Origin: Terriglobia bacterium
GTDB taxonomy: Bacteria > Acidobacteriota > Thermoanaerobaculia > Thermoanaerobaculales > Thermoanaerobaculaceae
DNA length: 64,000 nt
Direction: 5' to 3'
Assembly (NCBI GenBank): GCA_020073245.1
Contig: JAIQFQ010000004.1
Span: forward strand, 24,181-88,180
In this document: positions 36,132 through 43,954 of the stretch, piece by piece
How positions within the stretch are numbered: position 1 is the first letter of the stretch
Layout: each line of letters starts with the position of its first letter
Translations under genes and position numbers: made by a program
Notes under the pieces: generated by a model
The model's input: only the letters and a program-made list of their open reading frames with translations
The model's database searches: none
What the model was told of the DNA's origin: nothing

Positions 36132-37649
36132 TCAGGTTCCCCCGCGCCGGAGATGGCGTCTGAGCGTCCCCGCCACGCTCCCGTCCGGGAAGAGCAGGGT
36201 TGCGTCCTCGAACGTTGCCGAGAGCGGGGTTCCCGAAGCGTCGCCGATCGCGCGCGCCACGGGCTGATCGGATAGCACCACAATGGCGGTCGGCCTTGGA
36301 GCCGTCGATGGCGTCTCGAACGTCACGACGACCAACTCGTAGTCACCTTGAGGGAACGCCTGGCCGGCAGGGAGTGTGAGGGTGATCCCGAGGCGGCCGT
36401 CTCCGGCCTCGGAGTCGTCGACCACCAAGGTGGCCGCCACTCCACCACTCCCCAACGTGACGACGGGGGCGCTCAGCATGGTGGGATCGAACGCGAGGCT
36501 GAAGCGCACCTCGTGCTCGTCGCCCAACGCCGACATCACGATCGGGAGGGCGATCTGAGAGCCGGGATTCACGGACGGAGCAACGGCGCGCACCACGCGC
36601 GGCCCCAAAACCGCCGTCACGGTGAAGAACTGGGTGAAGGCCATCCCGTCCTGGCTGGTCGCGGAAAACGTGACGTGTCCCTCCTGCGAGGCGCGAGCCA
36701 ACCCGGCCGCGGCCACGGTGACGGCGGGTTGCGTCGCGATGCCCGCCTCGTCCGGGGTGAGGACGAGCCATGGCACATCGGAGACCGCGGTCCAGTGGAG
36801 GGTGTAAGGGCCCACGAGCGTGACGGGGATCGTGCGGTCGACGGGGTGACCGGAGTCCACACCGACGGGGACCGTCGACGGCGTAACCGTCAGGCCGGCA
36901 GGTCGCGCGACCGCCGCCTGCAACATGTCGTACGCCGTACCCGGTCCGGGGACGTAGTCGGTCAGCACGACCGTGTGGAGCGCGTTCCACGTGACACCGG
37001 AGAGGGTGTTCGTGGTGAGCGTGGCGGTGTAGACGCCGCCCGGCGCGAGCGCCGACACGATGTCGATCCACGGAGCGGCCCTCATGATGCGACCCGTGAC
37101 GCCGACGTATGCGTCCTCGTAGACCAGCGCGTGGAGCGCCGCCTGGTTCGCGGAGGCCGAGAGCGTCGCGGCGCTGGTGTTGTGGAACCGTGCGTACACC
37201 CGCATCCGCGTCCCGACCTGGCGCGCGTACGCCTCGATCTCCGCTTGGGGCGGGCGGGTCAACTCGGGGTCCACGAGCCTCTGAAAGGCTGTCTTGAAGT
37301 CACCCTGGTCCCCGGTGAGGACCCGATTCCCGGAGTCTACGATCACGAGGGGCAGGTATGCCGTCGAGTCGCCGAAGGCGGCCCAGAACCGGCTCATTCG
37401 GTTGCCGATCGGCGCATCCACGTTCTGCTCGATGAAGACGGCGCGCCCCCCGTACTGGAGGCCAAGCGCGTCGACCGCCGGACCGGCGGCCTGGCAGATC
37501 GGTCAGGTGAACCGGGTGAAGTCCTCGAACACCACGAGGCGGGTGCCGGGGTCAGTGGGGGAGCTCTCCTGCGCCGCGGCGATGCTCGCCACTCCGGCAA
37601 GCGCCAGGGCTCCGAGAAGGCACGCCGGCCATCGTCGTACCGTCGCCAT
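36132..37649 (-). CDS. Secreted thioredoxin-fold protein with in-frame UGA at the CxxC position (candidate selenoprotein, or else a pseudogene), with cohesin-like C-terminal domain
   Basis: ATG 37649 (GAGGTG SD), then signal peptide MATVRRWPACLLGALALAGVASIAAAQ, then RLVVFEDFTRFT-[TGA at 37505-37503]-PICQAAGPAVDALGLQYGGRAVFIEQNVD, continuing in frame into tracked ORF 36132..37421. An LPLVIVDSG cis-Pro-like loop follows. The C-terminus (EVRFSLAFDPTML...LGITLTLPAG) looks cohesin/Ig-like. Confidence 0.6.
37473..37491 (-). promoter_or_regulatory. SECIS-like stem-loop 11 nt downstream of the in-frame UGA
   Basis: mRNA: UGA-ccgaucugcca-G GCCGCC GGUCC GGCGGU C. This is a 7-8 bp GC stem (one G-U pair) with a 5-nt loop containing GGU, read directly from the reverse complement of 37473-37491. 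Confidence 0.45.
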
Positions 37650-37924
37650 CACCGCACCTCGCGCCCCATTTCACAATTAAACTGCCGGCGATGCAAGCTT
37701 TGCGCTCCGGCAGAAGAAATGGAACGTCCATGCCAGCCTCGTTTGCGGGTCCCCGCATCGCCTGCCTGCGCCTCCGGCACTGCCCGATGCGCGTGCTAGA
37801 CTGCGCGCCGTGAGCTCGCCGCTGGGTCTTCTCTCAACCCCAATGTTGCGGCCAGCCACCACGTCGCTGTTTGCGTTGCATCGCGTTGTAGCTGGCCCGA
37901 TGTAGCCGGGAGGGCAAACCGCAG

Positions 37925-38944
37925 TTGGTGACTTTTCCCCTCTTCCTCTTCGTGGCCATCGTCGCCGTCGCGTTGCTGTTCGATTTCCTCAACGGCTTCC
38001 ACGACGCGGCCAACTCGATCGCAACCGTGGTCTCGACGCGGGTGCTCTCGCCCGGGCTCGCGGTGGTCTGGGCCGCGTTCTTCAACTTCGTCGCGGCGTT
38101 CGTCTTCCCACTCAAGGTCGCCTCCACGATCGGTAAGGGCCTGGTTGTCACCAGCGCCGCCACGGTCTACGTAATCCTGGCTGGCCTGGTTGGTGCCATC
38201 GCATGGGATCTCATCACCTGGTACTTCGGCCTGCCGACAAGCTCGTCCCACGCCCTGATCGGGGGGTACGCCGGCGCTGCAATCGCAAAGGTCGGTTTCG
38301 CGGCGATCATCTACTCGGGTTGGATCAAGACGCTCGTCTCGATGTTCGTCTCGCCGGTCGTCGGTCTGCTCCTGGGCCTCATGCTGATGGTCGGCGTGAC
38401 GTGGTTCTTCCGGAACTCGCTCCCGGGTCCGGTGGACCGCTTCTTCCGGCGTGCCCAGCTCGTGTCGGCCGGGCTGTACAGCCTCGGCCACGGCGGCAAC
38501 GACGCCCAGAAGACGATGGGCATCATCGCGATCCTCGCGTTCTCCTACGAGAAGTCCCTCGGCCGGAACCCGGCTGACATTCACGTCGCCTTCTGGATGG
38601 TCATTGCCTGCCACGCAGCGATCGCCCTCGGCACTCTGTCGGGAGGGTGGCGCATCGTCAAGACGATGGGGTCCAAGATCACCAAGCTGAAGCCGATCGG
38701 CGGATTCTGCGCGGAGACCTCCGCCGCCCTCACGCTGTTTGCCAATTCGTACCTCGGGATCCCGGTCTCGACAACCCACACGATCACAGGCGCCATCATG
38801 GGGGTCGGCGCAACCCAGAGGCTGTCGGCGGTGCGCTGGGGCGTGGCGACGCGAATCGTGTGGGCGTGGCTGTTCACCATTCCGCTCTCCGCCCTCATGG
38901 CGGCGCTCGCGTTCAAGGCGCTCGGCCTCTTCCTGAACGTCTGA
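37925..38944 (+). CDS. pit: Inorganic phosphate transporter, PiT family
   Basis: 339 aa. LFDFLNGFHDAANSIATVV and GHGGNDAQKTMGI are the duplicated PHO4/PiT signatures. Polytopic. TTG 37925 or GTG 37928 start, with GGGAGGG upstream. Confidence 0.92.
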   Translation: MVTFPLFLFVAIVAVALLFDFLNGFHDAANSIATVVSTRVLSPGLAVVWAAFFNFVAAFVFPLKVASTIGKGLVVTSAATVYVILAGLVGAIAWDLITWYFGLPTSSSHALIGGYAGAAIAKVGFAAIIYSGWIKTLVSMFVSPVVGLLLGLMLMVGVTWFFRNSLPGPVDRFFRRAQLVSAGLYSLGHGGNDAQKTMGIIAILAFSYEKSLGRNPADIHVAFWMVIACHAAIALGTLSGGWRIVKTMGSKITKLKPIGGFCAETSAALTLFANSYLGIPVSTTHTITGAIMGVGATQRLSAVRWGVATRIVWAWLFTIPLSALMAALAFKALGLFLNV

Positions 38945-39061
38945 TGGCGCTCGACCGCTGAAACAGGCGCGGTCGGCGTACCTAAGGAAGCCCAGGCCGA
39001 GGGACACGCATCTCCCAGAACCGTTGAGCCTTGGGTGTCTAAGCGGATCGGCGAGGAGGCC

Positions 39062-39685
39062 CTAGGAACTCTTGAGGATGATCGTCTCGATGGTGTTCGC
39101 AACGTCCTCGCAGCGATCGGTCGCATCCTCGAGGAAGGCGTACAGGTCCTTGAGCTTGAGGACATCGATCGCGTTCGGCGTGTTGGCGAAGAGGTCGCCG
39201 AGCGCCTCGCGGTGCAGGACGTCGGCCTCGTTTTCGAGGCGGTTGATCTCGACGCAAGCGACCATCGCCTCCTTGTGCTTCTTGCTGTCGTGGAGGACAA
39301 CGACGGCTTTGTGGACCTCCTCGGCAGAAGTAACCAGCAGATCGGCAAGGGATTTCAACTGGCGCGGCACCTGGGTGATGTGGTAGACAACGAGGCGCTG
39401 CGCCGCAGCATCAGCCGAGTCGAGGATGTCATCGAGGCGGGTCGCCAGTGAATGGATGTCCTCGCGGTCGAAGGGGGTGATGAAGGTGGCGTTCAGCTTC
39501 GCCAGGGCCTCGTGAGTGATGCGGTCACCCTCGTGCTCGAGCTCCTTCAGCCTCTCGACCTTGGCTGGGAAGTCAGTGGGATCCTCGAGGAGCTCACGGA
39601 AGAGCTTGACCCCCTGGACGATGTTGGCCGATGCACGGTCGAAGAGATCGAGGAAGTCAACCTTCTTGGGCAGGAACCAGCGCAT
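39062..39685 (-). CDS. DUF47-family protein (PhoU-like, YkaA/TIGR00153-type phosphate transport regulator)
   Basis: ATG 39685 within tracked ORF 39062..39715. MRWFLPKKVDFLDLF..., ELEHEGDRITHE, FITPFDREDIH, LENEADVL are typical of DUF47. Confidence 0.88.
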   Translation of the reverse strand: MRWFLPKKVDFLDLFDRASANIVQGVKLFRELLEDPTDFPAKVERLKELEHEGDRITHEALAKLNATFITPFDREDIHSLATRLDDILDSADAAAQRLVVYHITQVPRQLKSLADLLVTSAEEVHKAVVVLHDSKKHKEAMVACVEINRLENEADVLHREALGDLFANTPNAIDVLKLKDLYAFLEDATDRCEDVANTIETIILKSS

Positions 39686-39719
39686 GCGACCCCCGATTGT
39701 GCCGGCGCGACACAAGCGG

Positions 39720-39725
39720 ATTATA
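39720..39725 (-). promoter_or_regulatory. Perfect TATAAT -10 hexamer upstream of the DUF47 gene
   Basis: Minus-strand reading TATAAT, followed by 34 nt that end in GGGGGtcgc, then ATG 39685. No convincing -35 at 17 bp. Confidence 0.4.
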
Positions 39726-39869
39726 GACCTACTGCGCCGATCGGCCCGTCAACGCCGTGACGGGAACAACTGGTTCCGAGGAGCCGCTGACGGATGGGAC
39801 CTCTTGTCCGGGGCGCGGGCGGCTGCAGCTCGCTCCGACTGCGGCGATAATCATCTGGGGGTCGAAACC

Positions 39870-42848
39870 ATGACCGCTTGGGACAGACCGGACGGACTCT
39901 CGGAGTACGACCCGACGCACACGGTGCTCCGCGACCTGATGGGGTATCGGGTGCGCGAGGTACTGCTCGTGTCCTCGCTGTACGACTCGTACATCCTCGA
40001 GGAGGACGGCCAGCTCTCGGAGAGCCTCGATGCCGAGTTCTACCAGCTGAACCTCTCGACGGCGCCCCGCATCACCCAGGTCTCAACGGCCCAGGAGGCG
40101 CTGGCGACGTTGCAGAGGCGGCCGTTCGACCTGGTGATCACGATGCCCCGACTGGGTGGGATGGATGTCAAGGCGTTCGCCCGCGCCGTCAAGGGGCTCC
40201 ACCCCGACCTTCCGGTCGTCATGCTCGCCGACAACCACTTCGAGGCGCACCGGGTCAAGGAGCTCAATGAGCCAGGGATGCTCGACCAGGTGTTCGTGTG
40301 GCGCGGCGACGTGGCACTGTTCCTCGCGATCATCAAGTACATCGAGGACCGCCGCAACGTACGGCGCGACACCTCCCTCGCCAGCGTACGCACCATCATC
40401 CTGGTCGAGAACTCGGTGCGCTTCTACTCCGCCTACCTCCCGCTGCTGTACACGGAGCTCACGGCCCAGACGCACGCGCTGATGGCGGATGGGGTCAACG
40501 CGCGCCAGCGTCTTAGGCGGATGAAAGCGCGCGCCAAGATTCTGCTCGCCGAGACGTTCGAGGAAGGGTGGGCACTGTTCGACGAGTTCCGTGCGACGAC
40601 GCTTGGAATCATCACCGATGCCCGCTTTCCGAGGGGGGGCGAGAGCGACCCCGAGGCCGGCCTCGAGTTCGTGCGCCGGGTCAAGGCCGAGGACCCGGAT
40701 ATGCCTGCGCTCCTCCAGTCCACGGACGAGACGCTCGAGGAGCGCGCCCACGCTCTCGGTGCCGCGTTTCTGCACAAGCACTCGCCGCGACTGCTCGAGG
40801 AGCTGCGGCGCTTCATGCGCTCCAATCTGGGGTTCGGCGACTTCGTCTTCCTCGACCCGGTAACGGGGGCGGAGGTGGCTCGCGTCTCCGACCTCGGCGG
40901 GATGCCGCGAGCGCTCCGGGCGGTGCCAGGGGAGTCGCTTCGCTATCACGCCTCCCGCAACCACTTCTCAAACTGGTGCATGGCTCGCACCGAGTTCGCC
41001 CTCGCAGCACGAATCAGGCCCTGGAAGGTCTCGGACTTCAAGGATGTGGAGGAGTTGCGTTCGTACCTCATCGATGCGTTCGCCGAACTCCAGTCGGAAG
41101 CACGTCGCGGCGTGGTCGCCGACTTCACCCCACGGGAGTTCGAGGGACTAGCTGGCTTCGTGCGGATCGGCGCGGGTTCAATGGGGGGCAAAGGGCGCGG
41201 CCTCGGGTTCATCAACTCGTTGTTGTCGCGCGAGGAGGTGACCGAGGACGGGGTTCGCGCTGCGGTTCCGCCCGCCGCTGTCATCGGCACCGATGTCTTC
41301 GATGACTTCCTTCGGATGAGAGGCCTCCTCGCGCTTGCGCTGTCGGACGCGAGCGATCGGGCGATCGAAGACGCGTTCCTCGCCGCGCCGCTGCCGCCGG
41401 CCCTCGAGCGCGACCTCTGGGCGATCGTCGAACGCACGTCGGTGCCGCTGGCCGTGCGGTCGTCGAGCCTACTGGAGGACTCCTACGACCAGCCGTTCGC
41501 CGGGATCTACCGCACCCTGATGCTCGCCAACGGCGACCCCGACCCGGCCGTGCGACACGCTGAGCTTTCGGCCGCGGTGAAACTGGTGTACGCCTCGACG
41601 TTCTCGAGAAGCGCGAAGGCGTACCTCGCAAACACCCCGCACCGCCCCGAGGAGGAAAAGATGGCGGTGGTGGTGCAGCGGGTCGTCGGGCGCAGCCACG
41701 GAAGGTTCTTCTACCCGTCGTTCGCCGGTGTGGCGTGCTCGCGCAACTACTACCCGGTGCTCGGACTCAAGGCGGAGGAGGGTCTGGCCGCCGTGGCGCT
41801 CGGCTTCGGGAAGACGGTGGTCGAGGGCGGACGAGCCGTGCGCTTCTCCCCGGGCTCGCCTGGAAACGTACCGCAGTTCGCCTCGACCGCCGCCGTGTTG
41901 GAGACGGCCCAGCGCGAGTTTGTGGCGCTCGACCTCGAGCGTGTCGGTACCGTTGGGGGCAGCGACCATACCGACGCGCTCGTGGTGCTCGGGCTCGCCG
42001 AGGCCGAGCACCACGGCACGCTCCACCCGCTCGGTTCCGTCTACTCGCCCGACAACGACGCGATCTACGACGGCGTGTCCCGACCCGGGATTCGCGTCGT
42101 GACGTTCGCCCCCATCCTCAAGACCGACGTGTTTCCGCTCTCCCGTCTCCTCACGCGGCTGCTGTCGCTCGGGGAGCGGGCGATGAGCTGTCCGGTTGAG
42201 GTCGAGTTTGCGGTCAACCTGCCGTCGCGCGGGGAGCCGGGGGAGCTCGCGGTGCTGCAGGTGCGCCCGCTCGTGGTAGAGGTGGGCAGCGAGGACCTCG
42301 ACGCGATCCTGCGCGTCACCACCCACGACGACATCTTCTGTCTCTCGGAACAAGCGCTCGGGGAGGGGCGCGTGCAGGGCATCCGGGACGTCGTGTACGT
42401 CAGACCCTCGGCGTTTGACCGCTCCCAGACGCCGGCGGTCGCGGTGGAGGTGGAGGAGATCAACCGAACCCTCGCCGAGGAGGGACGTCCCTACCTGCTG
42501 ATCGGACCCGGGCGGTGGGGGACATCGGACCAGTGGCTAGGGGTTCCCGTGGAATGGGACCAGATCGCGGGTGCTCGGGTCATCCTTGAGACCGAACTCG
42601 ACGACGTGCCGGTGACGCCTTCCGAGGGCACGCACTTCTTCCAGAACATCACCTCGTTCGGGATCGGTTACCTCACCGTGCACCGACGCGGCGGCAGAGG
42701 CCGCGTTGATTTCGACTGGCTGGATGGCCTGTCAGCCAGCACCCAGACGCGCTTCCTGCGGCACGTCAGGCTTGAGCGGCCCCTGGACGTCCGCATCGAC
42801 GGCCGATCCGGACGCGGCATCGTGCTCAAGACCCCGTTCGGCCTCTGA
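39870..42848 (+). CDS. REC-like domain + PEP/pyruvate-binding (PPDK_N-type) domain protein
   Basis: ATG 39870 within tracked ORF 39516..42848 (992 aa). N-terminal receiver-like fold (REVLLVSSLYD..., FDLVITMPRLGGMDV, VVMLAD). The central SMGGKGRGLGF...LAVRSSSLLEDSYDQPFAGIY region is characteristic of the ATP-grasp PEP/pyruvate-binding domain of PEP synthase/PPDK relatives. C-terminal GPGRWGTSD...PSEGTHFFQN. Confidence 0.8.
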   Translation: MTAWDRPDGLSEYDPTHTVLRDLMGYRVREVLLVSSLYDSYILEEDGQLSESLDAEFYQLNLSTAPRITQVSTAQEALATLQRRPFDLVITMPRLGGMDVKAFARAVKGLHPDLPVVMLADNHFEAHRVKELNEPGMLDQVFVWRGDVALFLAIIKYIEDRRNVRRDTSLASVRTIILVENSVRFYSAYLPLLYTELTAQTHALMADGVNARQRLRRMKARAKILLAETFEEGWALFDEFRATTLGIITDARFPRGGESDPEAGLEFVRRVKAEDPDMPALLQSTDETLEERAHALGAAFLHKHSPRLLEELRRFMRSNLGFGDFVFLDPVTGAEVARVSDLGGMPRALRAVPGESLRYHASRNHFSNWCMARTEFALAARIRPWKVSDFKDVEELRSYLIDAFAELQSEARRGVVADFTPREFEGLAGFVRIGAGSMGGKGRGLGFINSLLSREEVTEDGVRAAVPPAAVIGTDVFDDFLRMRGLLALALSDASDRAIEDAFLAAPLPPALERDLWAIVERTSVPLAVRSSSLLEDSYDQPFAGIYRTLMLANGDPDPAVRHAELSAAVKLVYASTFSRSAKAYLANTPHRPEEEKMAVVVQRVVGRSHGRFFYPSFAGVACSRNYYPVLGLKAEEGLAAVALGFGKTVVEGGRAVRFSPGSPGNVPQFASTAAVLETAQREFVALDLERVGTVGGSDHTDALVVLGLAEAEHHGTLHPLGSVYSPDNDAIYDGVSRPGIRVVTFAPILKTDVFPLSRLLTRLLSLGERAMSCPVEVEFAVNLPSRGEPGELAVLQVRPLVVEVGSEDLDAILRVTTHDDIFCLSEQALGEGRVQGIRDVVYVRPSAFDRSQTPAVAVEVEEINRTLAEEGRPYLLIGPGRWGTSDQWLGVPVEWDQIAGARVILETELDDVPVTPSEGTHFFQNITSFGIGYLTVHRRGGRGRVDFDWLDGLSASTQTRFLRHVRLERPLDVRIDGRSGRGIVLKTPFGL

Positions 42849-43108
42849 CTCTCTGCAGGCGCCGCCGGCGTCGGACCATCTATCCGTGCGGGCGGTCCCG
42901 CGGCCGCCCCGCCACCCGCCCAGCCGCTCTAGACCCCCCGAGCCCCCGTGAGCCGCGGCGGAGCCGCGTCTCGCCCAGAGCGTTGCGCTCGGCGGTTCGC
43001 ATCCTCATGGTGCCTCCAGCTACACTCCGGTGCGACGGGCTCGTGCGCCTTGCGAGAGGCCCAACGGCGGCGGCGCGGCTGCCCGCCATGCTGTGAGGCC
43101 CTGCCTGC

Positions 43109-43222
43109 GCTGAAGAGGGAAGAAGGAAGAGGGAAGACGAAGGATGGTGGGCGGAAGGCAGTCTCTGCCTTCCCTCTACCGTGTCCCCTCTACCCTCTCC
43201 CGTTCCGTCTCGTCTGCTGAAG
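43109..43222. repeat. Purine-block / pyrimidine-block heptad dyad element, copy C (best-defined copy)
   Basis: Heptads GAGGGAA GAAGGAA GAGGGAA GACGAAG GATGGTG GGCGGAA (43115-43156). Perfect core hairpin GGAAGGCAG-tct-CTGCCTTCC (43153-43173). The reverse complement of the CT-rich arm reads AACGGGA GAGGGTA GAGGGGA CACGGTA GAGGGAA. GCTGAAG is present at both ends (43109-43115 and 43216-43222). Confidence 0.65.
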
Positions 43223-43232
43223 TCGGGCGCAC

Positions 43233-43796
43233 CTACTTGGCGGCGGGAGCCGGAGGCACTGGGTCCGGGACGTGGTTCTTGATTGGGGGTACCGTTCTCA
43301 GGTAGGCGTAGATCGCCTTGAGGTCCTCGTCCGTCATCTTCCCGACCCAGTTCCACGGCATCGGTGGGAGAATCTCCCGCCCGCCGCCGAAGTGCTGGCC
43401 CGTCCTCATCGCCTTGATGAAGTTCTCCTCCGAGAGAGCGCCGAGCCCCGTCTCGGAGTCGGGCGTGAGGTTGCTCGTGTAGCTGATCCCCCACGGCCCG
43501 GCCCACGCCGTCATGGTCAGCGCCGCGACCGCCCCCCACGGCCCCGGCGGCAGTGCAGGAGGCGGCGGGAACTTCATGGCCTCCGGGTGACCGGAAAGCA
43601 TTCGGGCCATGTCGGGTTCGGGGCCCTTCTCGCCGAGCTTCCAGGGTGTGTGGCAGTCGTTACACCCCCCGACCGTGACGAGGTACTTCCCGTGCTCGGC
43701 CGGCGACTGCGCGGCTACGGTCGACCGCGGCTGCTGGCACGCGGCGGCCGCGACGCACATCATTGTGAGGCCTGCGAGTGGTGTCCTCAACCTCAT
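43233..43796 (-). CDS. c-type cytochrome (single CxxCH), exported
   Basis: 187 aa. Signal/lipobox-like MMCVAAAAC, heme motif GGCNDCH. Distal PPMPW region may supply the Met ligand. Confidence 0.8.
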   Translation of the reverse strand: MRLRTPLAGLTMMCVAAAACQQPRSTVAAQSPAEHGKYLVTVGGCNDCHTPWKLGEKGPEPDMARMLSGHPEAMKFPPPPALPPGPWGAVAALTMTAWAGPWGISYTSNLTPDSETGLGALSEENFIKAMRTGQHFGGGREILPPMPWNWVGKMTDEDLKAIYAYLRTVPPIKNHVPDPVPPAPAAK

Positions 43797-43954
43797 CTCT
43801 GCTCTTCCTCCTGATTATGACATTGAAACGCAGTCTACATATCAGGATCGGTTTGTCAAGCGTTTGCAACGGGCCGGCGCATCCTCGTGTTACGATCCCA
43901 CGGCGCCGGACCCGTCGGCGCCACACACCTTTTGCGCGAAGGGGCGGAACGGAC

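Noticed and set aside
36348-37799. 483-aa plus-strand ORF opposite the candidate selenoprotein gene
   Set aside because: Composition is extremely Arg/Gly/His/Asp-rich with no domain. The minus strand encodes a signal peptide, thioredoxin-like and cohesin-like segments with ordinary composition.
37796-39007. 403-aa ORF antisense to pit
   Set aside because: The sense strand carries both PiT signatures (GFHDAANSIAT, GHGGNDAQKT). The antisense product is charged and low-complexity.
42880-43008. 42-codon minus-strand ORF (MRMRTAERNALGETRLRRGSRGLGGSRAAGRVAGRPRDRPHG) with GGAGG 4 nt upstream of its ATG
   Set aside because: The composition is extremely Arg/Gly-rich, like antisense or noncoding high-GC DNA. 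The SD spacing is short and there is no recognisable family. Not reported as a gene; ribosome profiling could revisit it.
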